Origin: a virus
Direction: 5' to 3' (one strand)
DNA length: 64,000 nt
IMG/VR virus record: IMGVR_UViG_3300045988_099717
Span: 82,967-146,966 of that record
Position 1 is the first letter of the stretch, and each line of letters begins with the position of its first letter. Positions 29,438-38,404 of this stretch are shown here, in pieces. The position numbers and the translations under genes are program-made. The notes under the pieces were generated by a model. That model made no database searches and was not told the origin of the DNA. It saw only the letters and a list, made by a program, of their open reading frames with translations.

Positions 29438-30175
29438 ATGAGAAGAAGATTTGAAAATAATGCTAAACTATATGAGTATAAGATAGTTAGCGATTGTATA
29501 GGGGGGGGGGTAATCGTAGAAGGAAAGAAAGTAGGCACCATTCCACAGGGCGGGCAATTTATCTTTCTGTCTAAAAAAGAACGGCTGGATTCCATAAGTG
29601 TCCAAGGCGGTGTTCCAATGGAAGATAGGCAAGAGATCGATAGTCAGGTTGATACGACAGAGGAATTGCTTGAACAGGATTCGGTGGTTCTTGCTATTGC
29701 TTTAACAACCTCTCCTTATTATGGATTTAGAGTAAGTGTGATAGCACCTGATGAGTTTACGCTAAGAACAACCAATAGGATTAATAGAACCTTTTTAATA
29801 ACAAGCTTTACTCCACCTGCTGCTATATACGGTGTAAACTTTGGTGATCCTATTGTCCTTAATTATGATAGTTACCAATATGAGATGCCAGATCTTGTAA
29901 TTGATGGACCTCATGATAGAATAGTTAGGGCAGATCCTAATCTTACTTGGGTTGTAAGATGTACAGACGCCGACTTTAAACCTTTGCCATATCCAGAATC
30001 ATGGTCTGGCCAAGGTTTAAATTCTATGTTCTTATCAGATATGAAACGTCTTGCTCCTGGTGATCATCATGTATCATATACAGCTTATATTAATTTGGAC
30101 TTGATAAATGATGGCGGAAGTAAAGTTCATACTGAATATCTGATATTAGAAAAAACACTTAATTTTACGATATGA
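29438..30175 (+). CDS. Hypothetical protein starting MRRRF and containing a G10 tract (tail fibre or receptor-binding candidate)
   Basis: 245-aa ORF with a G10 homopolymer at 29501-29510 inside the coding sequence. It is the last + strand gene before the strand switch. Confidence 0.55.
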   Translation: MRRRFENNAKLYEYKIVSDCIGGGVIVEGKKVGTIPQGGQFIFLSKKERLDSISVQGGVPMEDRQEIDSQVDTTEELLEQDSVVLAIALTTSPYYGFRVSVIAPDEFTLRTTNRINRTFLITSFTPPAAIYGVNFGDPIVLNYDSYQYEMPDLVIDGPHDRIVRADPNLTWVVRCTDADFKPLPYPESWSGQGLNSMFLSDMKRLAPGDHHVSYTAYINLDLINDGGSKVHTEYLILEKTLNFTI

Positions 30176-30220
30176 CAACAATCCCCAACCGTACGCCTAT
30201 TGTATGGTTGGGGATTGTTG
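30176..30220. terminator. Bidirectional terminator hairpin at the convergent strand switch
   Basis: Perfect 15-bp inverted repeat caacaatccccaacc/ggttggggattgttg with a 15-nt loop, lying between the + strand stop at 30175 and the - strand stop at 30265. Confidence 0.6.
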
Positions 30221-30264
30221 TAGTTACCATCTTTTCTTGTATAAGCAGAACATGAAATAAGTTT

Positions 30265-30753
30265 CTAAGCATTAACTTCATGACCTCCCCTATCTGTGAA
30301 AACTAAACCAATACCTTCTATGATATGTCCTACTACAGGAGCTTTGTCAAATTCCTCCTTCGTAGCCCAAGTAGCATTATCAGGCATAAGATCCTTGAAT
30401 GCGTCCGAAACATCACCTTGACACCAGCAGTTATTTGATGTAACAATGCCTTTCCCTTCGATATTGATATACATTTTTCTTCCACCACATCCAAGGCTGT
30501 TCCATCCGCTCGGTACGTTTTCCACCATAGGCTTAAGCACCCAGCTTACACCGTCTATCCTAACCCATCCAGGATCGTCTTTGTGCTTGTCGTACAAGTT
30601 TTGCCAAAAAGAGCATTCGTAGCACCATCCCCTGTCTTCCATGACAGTTCTTATCTCACTCCTTTCAAATCCATCTGCATCCATCGTGTGCGGAGAATGA
30701 GGCTGGTGAGGGGTGCCACATTTTGGACATATGAGTTTTAAATTCTTTTCCAT
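30265..30753 (-). CDS. Zinc-ribbon protein, paralog of 51217-51654 (family A)
   Basis: Shares CP.CG...C..C.FW..LY.K.K..P.W..IDG.SW, GGR.M and FKDL.PDNA.W with the ORF at 51217. Confidence 0.6.
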   Translation of the reverse strand: MEKNLKLICPKCGTPHQPHSPHTMDADGFERSEIRTVMEDRGWCYECSFWQNLYDKHKDDPGWVRIDGVSWVLKPMVENVPSGWNSLGCGGRKMYINIEGKGIVTSNNCWCQGDVSDAFKDLMPDNATWATKEEFDKAPVVGHIIEGIGLVFTDRGGHEVNA

Positions 30754-30754
30754 A

Positions 30755-30991
30755 TTATTTAACTTTTACGATCTTAATAGAATCTCCGATATTGTATTCC
30801 CCTTGGTATCCAACGAATTTTATAAGCCTATTATTATAAAATATTGAAATTCTTTCGTCTTCACCATAATACATTATACATCCATCTTCTAAAGGAAGTA
30901 GATCATATATAACCCATCCGTTATTAACCTGACTATCATCATGCGAACATGATGATAACACAAGTGCCATCAATAAAATAAAATACCTCAT
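30755..30991 (-). CDS. Small lipoprotein
   Basis: The N-terminus MRYFILLMALVLSSC carries a signal peptide and the lipobox LSSC. Confidence 0.5.
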   Translation of the reverse strand: MRYFILLMALVLSSCSHDDSQVNNGWVIYDLLPLEDGCIMYYGEDERISIFYNNRLIKFVGYQGEYNIGDSIKIVKVK

Positions 30992-30998
30992 ATTATTT

Positions 30999-31190
30999 TC
31001 AACATAAAAATTTATAACCTGTTTTTACAGCTTCCGCTTCTTCTCTCGTATCAAACATTAAGGTAGTGACAGCTCCTATTCCTTCACAAACGTAAGACAC
31101 TTTCACCCACCACCTAAAAACCCCAGAGCCATAATCGTCATAGTACGGCTCAGAAAGAACTTCTTCTACATACCCATCCAAATAATTCAC
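30999..31190 (-). CDS. Small hypothetical protein
   Basis: 63-aa ORF. Confidence 0.35.
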   Translation of the reverse strand: MNYLDGYVEEVLSEPYYDDYGSGVFRWWVKVSYVCEGIGAVTTLMFDTREEAEAVKTGYKFLC

Positions 31191-31933
31191 GATTGCTCCT
31201 CCTTATTTTTAGATTCTGCCTCTTCGAGTATGTTGATCACCTTATCGACAATATCCGAATCAGACATTTTCTCAATAAAAACATCCATTGCCTTAGTTAT
31301 GTCATTGGCTTCTTTTTCTTCAAGAGCTATTTCTCCACCGGTAATAGCATCAGATAATGATGTAGATAAGTGTCTTATCTTATCAATGCTCATAAACGTA
31401 AATGGATTACCACCCCATCCACCACCCATTTCTTTCATGATCTGATATCCACCTGAAATAAGTCTGCCTGATGTCGTGGCCAAGGAGGATACGATTAGGG
31501 ACAGTACCGCCACCTCCGTCCGCTCCTCGGATACACCCCTCGACCACACGGCTGCCCTTATAGCGCCGGCCAGGTCGTCTATGTATGGCATGAGGTAATC
31601 TTCCATCGCTTGTGTTATATCAGCTATAACCTCACTACGCTCTTTATTTATGTAGTAGATAGAAGCATTGTACTTCTTTATCTCTTTGTCCATATCATTT
31701 AAAAGACGCTTGATATTGTGCTTATACATAGGACTGGTTTTAATTACTTCCTTTAGCTTAAGAATGTAATTATAAGCCTGGTCATTTACGAACAACGTCA
31801 TGGTTTCAACCGTTGAATGAAGCGTGTTGAGGCTGTTAAGAATCTTATCGAAATTGTTTATCAAATAAGCTCTTCTGGTTTTTGCTGCGTAGTTAATGTT
31901 ATTAAAATTATTCATTTTATTCATTAGATTCAA
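31187..31933 (-). CDS. Hypothetical protein
   Basis: 248-aa ORF. Confidence 0.5.
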   Translation of the reverse strand: MNLMNKMNNFNNINYAAKTRRAYLINNFDKILNSLNTLHSTVETMTLFVNDQAYNYILKLKEVIKTSPMYKHNIKRLLNDMDKEIKKYNASIYYINKERSEVIADITQAMEDYLMPYIDDLAGAIRAAVWSRGVSEERTEVAVLSLIVSSLATTSGRLISGGYQIMKEMGGGWGGNPFTFMSIDKIRHLSTSLSDAITGGEIALEEKEANDITKAMDVFIEKMSDSDIVDKVINILEEAESKNKEEQS

Positions 31934-31940
31934 CCTTATA

Positions 31941-33138
31941 TCACAAAATATTTATTCTAACCGGATTAAACACAAATCCACTATCGATTATCTTTCCAAT
32001 GAAAGAATCACCGACTACTTTTCTTGCTATTCCTATAGCTCCATTAATATCAGCATTAATTAGCTTTCCAACGGAACTTTGGAATAATCCACGTTTCTTT
32101 CTTTTCCCTAAATAGGATTCTTGTTTCTTTAGAGGTTCAAAAGCAAGATGGTCAATCTTTGATGTGTAAGATTCCTCATGAGTAATTACCTCTATCCCTA
32201 AAAGATTTGCTTTGTAAACAATCTTATCAATCAATTTAGAATTTAGAATGAGGAATAGAAACAAAATGTTGGTTATTCCTTTTACCGATATTTATCTCGT
32301 TTTTCCATTCTTTGTTTAATCCAATGATGATTGTTCCTATATTGTTAGATTTACAAAAGTCTACAATGTATCTACTGATTTTATGCAATTTGTCTTCTAT
32401 CCAACAATTTCTAAACAAAGTAATTTTTCTTATTCTATTTGAAGTTCCCTTATTACCAACAAAAGACATCAACTTAGCTTTCTTCTTATTGTACCACTGA
32501 TTTACTGATTTCATAACCCGTCCGTTTATAATGAAAGAATTAGTTTCTACATTACTAATACATGAACATAAATTATTCAATCCTAAATCAATCGAAAGAA
32601 AATTGTCTTTGTTTAAACCAAGATCAGTTTCCTTTCTTTCATAAACTACCTCTACTACATAACATGTAGCTTGAGGGATTATTCTAACTTGTTTTAGTTC
32701 GTCTTTCTTTACATTTGTTTTGATAGGTTTGATTATATCTTTAACAAAATAAATACAATTATCACCCTTTACCCTACAATTGCAGTTGGTGAAAACAACC
32801 ATGTTTTGTTTCTTACCTTGTTTGTATGATGGAAGGTGAGGTCTATGATTTCCGTATTTAGAAGGATTCTTTTCAAAATCCTTCTTGAGTTTTATCCAGG
32901 ATTTTATGTTTTTAAATACCTGTTTAATCACCTGTTGGGATACATGATTAGGTAAATTCCTGAAATCGAATTGGTTTTCTTTGCAAAGTTTGTCTGATAA
33001 ATCAAATTCCTTTAAATAGTTACCTGAAAAGATTCCTTGACGAATGTTGTAAAGAACATAATTATATAACAAGCCGGATTTGAAGCAAATATCCTCAAAC
33101 CGGTTGTCTTTAACTATAGGCCTTTCAACTAATCTCAT
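31941..33138 (-). pseudogene. tnpB: Second TnpB-like gene, frameshifted (300-aa N-terminal ORF plus 107-aa C-terminal ORF in another frame), without a zinc finger
   Basis: The N-terminal ORF has a TnpB-like start and LSIDLGLNN (RuvC-I). The C-terminal ORF has HEESYTSKID (RuvC-II E) and NADINGAIGIARK (RuvC-III). The two frames overlap at 32236-32264. No CxxC pairs are present. Confidence 0.65.
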
Positions 33139-33191
33139 TTGAATGATTTATATCGTAAATGTAATCGTTATTTGTAAAATAATCAAATTAT

Positions 33192-33713
33192 TCAATCATC
33201 GCATTTAAATTTTAGATTTTCAAGTTCGTGTATTTGCAACTTAAGATGCTTAATTAAATCCGTTCTCTGTTCCTCTACATATTTCAAAGCTTCTTCTTTA
33301 TTTTTAAAAGCTTGATACCCTATCGTATAAGGAGTGAACCGGTTAGGGGTGTCGGCTAATAAAGTACCATCATAATCTTCTATTTTAGCTTTTACTTTTC
33401 TTATCTTACCATCTTGCAAACATGTGTCTGTAATCCACACAAATGTATCATACATTTCTTCATATAATTCATACCATTCCGGCTTAGGAAATCTTAATGT
33501 GAATCTAATTTCGGTATCTTTCTCTAAGACATTAATATCATACGCCTCCGGCCACAGTTCTTTTATGCTGTCTTCATCTTCAGCATACGCCACCAATACA
33601 AATGAATTACTGGATTCTGCACTACACCAATATGGATATTTTATAGGCCATTTGACCGGACGGTAATCGTTATCGCAGTCGTCTTTTCTAATATAAAATC
33701 TTGCTCTGATCAT
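33192..33713 (-). CDS. Hypothetical protein
   Basis: 173-aa ORF. Confidence 0.5.
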   Translation of the reverse strand: MIRARFYIRKDDCDNDYRPVKWPIKYPYWCSAESSNSFVLVAYAEDEDSIKELWPEAYDINVLEKDTEIRFTLRFPKPEWYELYEEMYDTFVWITDTCLQDGKIRKVKAKIEDYDGTLLADTPNRFTPYTIGYQAFKNKEEALKYVEEQRTDLIKHLKLQIHELENLKFKCDD

Positions 33714-33714
33714 G

Positions 33715-34023
33715 TTATTCTACTTTTTTGATTTCACTTAAATCGCCTTCATACACCAAATAAGATCCTCTTCCAGGTCTTCCTTCTTTATTAACTTCCT
33801 GGATTGTAAATATAACTGTTCCAGTATTCATGATTTGAACGCTCTTGAAGAAACCAACAAGAGGTGCTTTCGAACGTTTGTAAAGAACGTTCACTTTATC
33901 CCCCTTCTTGAATCCATAAACAGAATCGAAATATTCCTTTTTAATTCTTTCAATATTACTTCTGTGTTTGTTCATTGCATCAAGCTCTGTGTCTAACAGT
34001 TGAATCATTTGTTCTTTTGTCAT
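33715..34023 (-). CDS. Hypothetical protein
   Basis: 102-aa ORF. Confidence 0.45.
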   Translation of the reverse strand: MTKEQMIQLLDTELDAMNKHRSNIERIKKEYFDSVYGFKKGDKVNVLYKRSKAPLVGFFKSVQIMNTGTVIFTIQEVNKEGRPGRGSYLVYEGDLSEIKKVE

Positions 34024-34577
34024 TTCTTTTCCTCCTTATTTAATGGTATTAACCCTTTCCCGTGCTTATCATACCATAGCATAGCTATACAGTTCCACGC
34101 ACATTGTGCAAGATGAAAACACCCTGTATCTGAATCTATTCTTTCTCCTTTCATGTATTCCATTAGGTGTCTGGCAGCCGCAGCACGATACCGTTCAAAG
34201 CCGTTATCAAGATTCTGCCAATTGTTAGGTCCGTACTTCTTTGCGCCAGCATGATAGACTCTTACAATGTCTTCAATCTCTTCCATAGGAAGTAAATCCC
34301 ATCGTAGTTTGTCGTCTATGATGTCATTTTTCACCGATTTGTTTTCTATGGGGTCTTTGGTAAGAATAATACCCATAATATCCGTTTCTATAACGAACGT
34401 CTCCCCATTGCAACAAACCTCAGCATATTTATCATTTACTTCTATGTCTGATACTGCCTCCGCTATAGCTCCTTTGGCGACTTTAAATTCGGCACTGATT
34501 ATATCATCTTTCAATATGCGAAAAATAGATCCTTTTGGATAAAGGATATTTTTAGTATTATCATCCATCTTTTCCAT
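34020..34577 (-). CDS. Possible phage dNTP pyrophosphohydrolase-like protein (DUF5664/dGTP-diphosphohydrolase N-terminal-like)
   Basis: The stretch W..L..EE.E..V.VY..GAKKYGPNNW...G..RY..A..RH......G...D..TG..HL...AWN...L matches that family as I remember it. Confidence 0.35.
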   Translation of the reverse strand: MEKMDDNTKNILYPKGSIFRILKDDIISAEFKVAKGAIAEAVSDIEVNDKYAEVCCNGETFVIETDIMGIILTKDPIENKSVKNDIIDDKLRWDLLPMEEIEDIVRVYHAGAKKYGPNNWQNLDNGFERYRAAAARHLMEYMKGERIDSDTGCFHLAQCAWNCIAMLWYDKHGKGLIPLNKEEKK

Positions 34578-34629
34578 TGTTTTATCGTTGTTTTACCTCA
34601 TTTCGATAGTAATATAATCCATCTTCGTC

Positions 34630-34917
34630 TTATACCCTATCATTTCTGTTTTTCTCAAAATACTGTCTTACGGCTTCAATCGCCTTATCGTCATCAAAAG
34701 CCTCTACAAACCCCTCATAGAATCTATTTCGCTCCATAGAGAACGTATTGCTTCCATCCGGAATGGTTCTGAACACAACTACCTTCTCTCCATCCACGTT
34801 CGTTCCTATGATGTTGTTATGGAGAATAATAGAATACCGCCCAGAGTTTTTGTTCTGGACGACACTATGTTCGAGATTGTAGAGTCTAAGTAGTTCTCTT
34901 ATTTCTTTTACTCCCAT
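34630..34917 (-). CDS. Hypothetical protein
   Basis: 95-aa ORF. Confidence 0.45.
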   Translation of the reverse strand: MGVKEIRELLRLYNLEHSVVQNKNSGRYSIILHNNIIGTNVDGEKVVVFRTIPDGSNTFSMERNRFYEGFVEAFDDDKAIEAVRQYFEKNRNDRV

Positions 34918-34918
34918 A

Positions 34919-35665
34919 TTATTTTACGTTTTTAGAAGTTACAGCCTCTTCTCCCCATTTCTTTACATATATAGACCTCATCATGTTCATTAAATTAGAG
35001 AAAGAAGAGATGGTTCCCATCTCTATGCAGAATGCAAGATTAGACTGTAGGGTTTCAAGTTCTTTCAACTGCTCCTGTGTAGCCCTATTTCTTATCATGC
35101 TTTCATGCTCATTAAATACAATCCAATTTAAACCTTTAGCCATCTTGGAGTAATCGGCATCCGGAAATCTTGATATAGCTCTTGATAAGACATTGTATTT
35201 ATCACCTGCCTCTATTCGGTTTAAGATAAGCTTATCTGTTAACCACGTAACAACCTCAGCATACAACATAGGGTTTAGTTCCATAGCTACAAGCACCCAT
35301 ATATATGGATTACACATAGTTCTCCTATTCTCTCCTCTACCCATTGTCTTATAAGCTCCCATTTTTTTCATCACTTTTATAAGTGACTCTTTTTCAACAG
35401 ATTGTATAAAACCAGGAAATCCTGATTCTATCTTATATCCTTGTTTTTCAAGGATATAGTAAACACGTTCCGCACTCTCCTTATTAGATAGGATATTTTC
35501 TATTCTCTTTTCATTCCACCCCATCTCAACCCTCTTCTTCGTATAGGCTTCCTGAAGGTCTGTTAAGGACATAAACGAAGTTTTAGTGTCCTGCTTAATT
35601 ATTACGCCAAATAATTCTCGGTCTTTTGATACCATTGTAACATTTGTTTTCATAAAATATAACAC
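34919..35665 (-). CDS. KilA-N domain DNA-binding protein
   Basis: GENRRTMCNPYIWVLVAMELNPMLYAEVVTWL matches the KilA-N core G...W..P.LA..LA..L.P.F...V..W. Confidence 0.6.
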   Translation of the reverse strand: MLYFMKTNVTMVSKDRELFGVIIKQDTKTSFMSLTDLQEAYTKKRVEMGWNEKRIENILSNKESAERVYYILEKQGYKIESGFPGFIQSVEKESLIKVMKKMGAYKTMGRGENRRTMCNPYIWVLVAMELNPMLYAEVVTWLTDKLILNRIEAGDKYNVLSRAISRFPDADYSKMAKGLNWIVFNEHESMIRNRATQEQLKELETLQSNLAFCIEMGTISSFSNLMNMMRSIYVKKWGEEAVTSKNVK

Positions 35666-35674
35666 ATAAAAAAA

Positions 35675-35704
35675 TAATACGATACAAAAATATGTATCGT
35701 ATTA
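35675..35704. promoter_or_regulatory. Perfect 12-bp inverted repeat (operator-like) upstream of the KilA-N gene
   Basis: taatacgataca-aaaata-tgtatcgtatta, 10-40 nt upstream of the start at 35665. Confidence 0.4.
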
Positions 35705-35751
35705 TATCTATACAAATATATTGTGTTAAATTTTATGGTTGTATTTTTATA

Positions 35752-36114
35752 TTATGCGCCTATGGCTGCCTCTAAATTTCCTATAATATCAGTTTCTATC
35801 TCATCGATTTTATCATCAATGGTTGAAACCGCATTCTCTAAATCCCCTACAATACTTTCCATATCATCAACAACCGCCTCCATATTAGCTACAGCCTCAT
35901 CTGATTGATAATATCTTTCTGTATCTTGTAACGACTCCGGCATATTGTCTCTTGCTTCTGTCTCCTCGTCTAAAATCATATCAACATCATCCTTGGCTGA
36001 ATCCAGATTATGCCTGACCTCTGACAGCTTTGATTTGATAAACTCAAGATCTGTTTTATGCTTTTCCAAATTGGAAATAATATCCTCTATTTTCTTACGT
36101 CTTTTGCTGTTCAT
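35752..36114 (-). CDS. Acidic coiled-coil protein
   Basis: 120-aa D/E-rich ORF. Confidence 0.45.
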   Translation of the reverse strand: MNSKRRKKIEDIISNLEKHKTDLEFIKSKLSEVRHNLDSAKDDVDMILDEETEARDNMPESLQDTERYYQSDEAVANMEAVVDDMESIVGDLENAVSTIDDKIDEIETDIIGNLEAAIGA

Positions 36115-37532
36115 GCTTTTATCCTATTATAATATTCGATAATCTTTTCTTTCCTATCTCCCTGTTTTACTGCCATATTCTCAGCCAAGAACCTAAAATA
36201 CGACACCGGTATGTCTTTGAATCTAATTCCTTCATATTTTCCAAACCACATTATTATGCTGTCAAGATCGTCCTCTCTCCTACCATCTCCATTTACGGAT
36301 TTAAGAGAAGCTGCCCGGCGAAGTATTTCGTCTTTGGTAATAATATCTCCCATCCTTATATTGGACAGAAGTTGATCGCCGGCAAACATACACCAGCCCT
36401 TAGAAGGGAATTGTTCGATTGTCAAGTCTTCTATCCGGCCGAAACGCCTCATGTTGTCGCAGCAATCAACTATCAGCGCCTCTTTCTTGTCAGGATGGAT
36501 GCGGACGGCGCGGCCTAATATTTGGTAATAAGTTGAATATGAGAAAGTTGGGCGACCAAACATCACACAATCAAGTTCAGGAAAATCAAATCCGGTAGCA
36601 AGCGTTGAATAATTAAACACGACCTTTAACTTACCTTCTTTGAAATCGGATATGATTTGCTCTCTTTTCTTTTTGGTTGTTAGCGATGTTACGACACCGG
36701 TTATGGCTCCCATCCTGGCATTCATGAACTCTGATATTCTATTACATGATTCGATAGAATCCATGCAAACCAAAATGGCTTTACGCTCGTTCATAAGTTG
36801 AAGAAGGCGCTTGTAGATAGAGTTGTTTAAGCCGTTTCGTACAATACTTTCTTTAATAGATTCGTTGGTGTATTCGGCTCCGGTACTGTTTAACATCAGA
36901 GCCGATTCATCAAACGACCATCGTTCGTACTTAAGTGGACACCAAAACCCTTGAGAAGTTAGTTCTTGTATTTGAGTCACATGAACTATTTTCTTGAAGA
37001 AGTTATGCTCGTCTTTCGTCAGCATATTGAGCTTGCTATAGTTCCCTTCCAGCATGGAACTGTAGGTTCGGAGGCGGCAGGGAGTGGCGGTGAAGCCCAG
37101 TACCTTCGCCTCTGGGAACCTGTTCATAAACTCCATAAATTCAGAACCTTCTTCAGGAGAATATCCTGAATGACATTCGTCTATCAATAAGGTATCTATC
37201 CCTATATCCTTCAACCTCGCTACATCTTTCTTTATGCTCTTTAATGTTGCATAAGTCATAGCCGACAGCTCCTTTATACCACATGAAGCAGAATATATAG
37301 TAGGTTTAGAACCGAATGATACGGCCTTTGCATAATTCTGCTCCAGAATCTCTTTTGAGGGCTGTAATACTAATGTCGGTCTATTTATTTCATGTGCTAT
37401 CTTGGATATCAGAAGGCTCTTTCCACATCCGCATGGGGCTACGATTATGCCAGGCTTCTTAGATCTTCCTGTAAGAAACTTAAGCCCGGCATCTACTGCT
37501 TCTTTTTGGTAAGGTCTAAGTTCAAAGCCCAT
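36111..37532 (-). CDS. SF2 DNA helicase (DEAD/DEAH-box-like) with a DUF3820-like C-terminal domain
   Basis: LRPYQKEAV is followed by motif I APCGCGKS, motif II DECH and motif VI QILGRAVR. The C-terminus WFGKYEGIRFKDIPVSYFRFL resembles DUF3820. Confidence 0.8.
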   Translation of the reverse strand: MGFELRPYQKEAVDAGLKFLTGRSKKPGIIVAPCGCGKSLLISKIAHEINRPTLVLQPSKEILEQNYAKAVSFGSKPTIYSASCGIKELSAMTYATLKSIKKDVARLKDIGIDTLLIDECHSGYSPEEGSEFMEFMNRFPEAKVLGFTATPCRLRTYSSMLEGNYSKLNMLTKDEHNFFKKIVHVTQIQELTSQGFWCPLKYERWSFDESALMLNSTGAEYTNESIKESIVRNGLNNSIYKRLLQLMNERKAILVCMDSIESCNRISEFMNARMGAITGVVTSLTTKKKREQIISDFKEGKLKVVFNYSTLATGFDFPELDCVMFGRPTFSYSTYYQILGRAVRIHPDKKEALIVDCCDNMRRFGRIEDLTIEQFPSKGWCMFAGDQLLSNIRMGDIITKDEILRRAASLKSVNGDGRREDDLDSIIMWFGKYEGIRFKDIPVSYFRFLAENMAVKQGDRKEKIIEYYNRIKA

Positions 37533-37908
37533 CGCAATCTATTATATTATTTTTTGAAAGTTCTATTATCGCCTCTTTCAACATCTCCCTTGCTTTATTC
37601 TCATTATCTTCAAACAGGCATACACTGCATGTAGCACCTTTGGAGGGGTAGTCTCTGTAGGCTTCTGCTCTTTCTACAACGTACTCACAACAATAGTCGT
37701 GACTCATGTCTTTTGCTATACTTATAAAATGATCTTCTCCATCCATCAACACGCAATATTCAGCATCGTTTTCGCATGCAATAACACCTTTGTTTTTTAA
37801 AATGGATAGCACTTTATTTCCAAAAAGTCCAATATAGACCCATATATCTTTCCCTGCATTTTTGTAAAAAATATCCATTCCTTCTTTGATTGTGACTTTC
37901 TTTTCCAT
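37522..37908 (-). CDS. Hypothetical protein
   Basis: 128-aa ORF. Confidence 0.45.
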   Translation of the reverse strand: MEKKVTIKEGMDIFYKNAGKDIWVYIGLFGNKVLSILKNKGVIACENDAEYCVLMDGEDHFISIAKDMSHDYCCEYVVERAEAYRDYPSKGATCSVCLFEDNENKAREMLKEAIIELSKNNIIDCDGL

Positions 37909-37914
37909 AATCCC

Positions 37915-38238
37915 TTATTTTATATCAGTAATTAAAATATATTTTTTAACAATATATTCAAGACTCTCAGAAGAACGTATATATAGTTTTTCTTCGTACT
38001 CATATAGAGCGTACCCTTCTTTTATGTCTAATATCTTAATCACATGCTTGCCTCTTTCAAATGGATCCTCAAAGTAGCTCTTATGTTCGTATCTTTGACC
38101 TACTTTGATTTTGTCAGTTTTCTTCTTCATCTTATAACGATTTATTGCTCTACCTGTTTTTATGAAAGCTGTCGTGAGTAAGTATAATAAAACTAAATAC
38201 AAAAGGATCGCTACTCCACATATTAGATCTTCTTTCAT
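37915..38238 (-). CDS. Hypothetical protein with an N-terminal transmembrane segment
   Basis: 107-aa ORF containing the hydrophobic helix AILLYLVLLYLL. Confidence 0.45.
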   Translation of the reverse strand: MKEDLICGVAILLYLVLLYLLTTAFIKTGRAINRYKMKKKTDKIKVGQRYEHKSYFEDPFERGKHVIKILDIKEGYALYEYEEKLYIRSSESLEYIVKKYILITDIK

Positions 38239-38404
38239 TGCACTCCCTTTAAGTAGTTAAACCAAATAGCCTCAAGTTTCTCCTGGAACTCAAACGCCTT
38301 TTTAAAATTTCCGCACCGTACCGCCACGTTCCTCATCTCTTCAAGATATATGACTTCCGGATCTTGCCGGTATTTTGTTCTTAACTTTTGAACGTCCTCG
38401 TATT

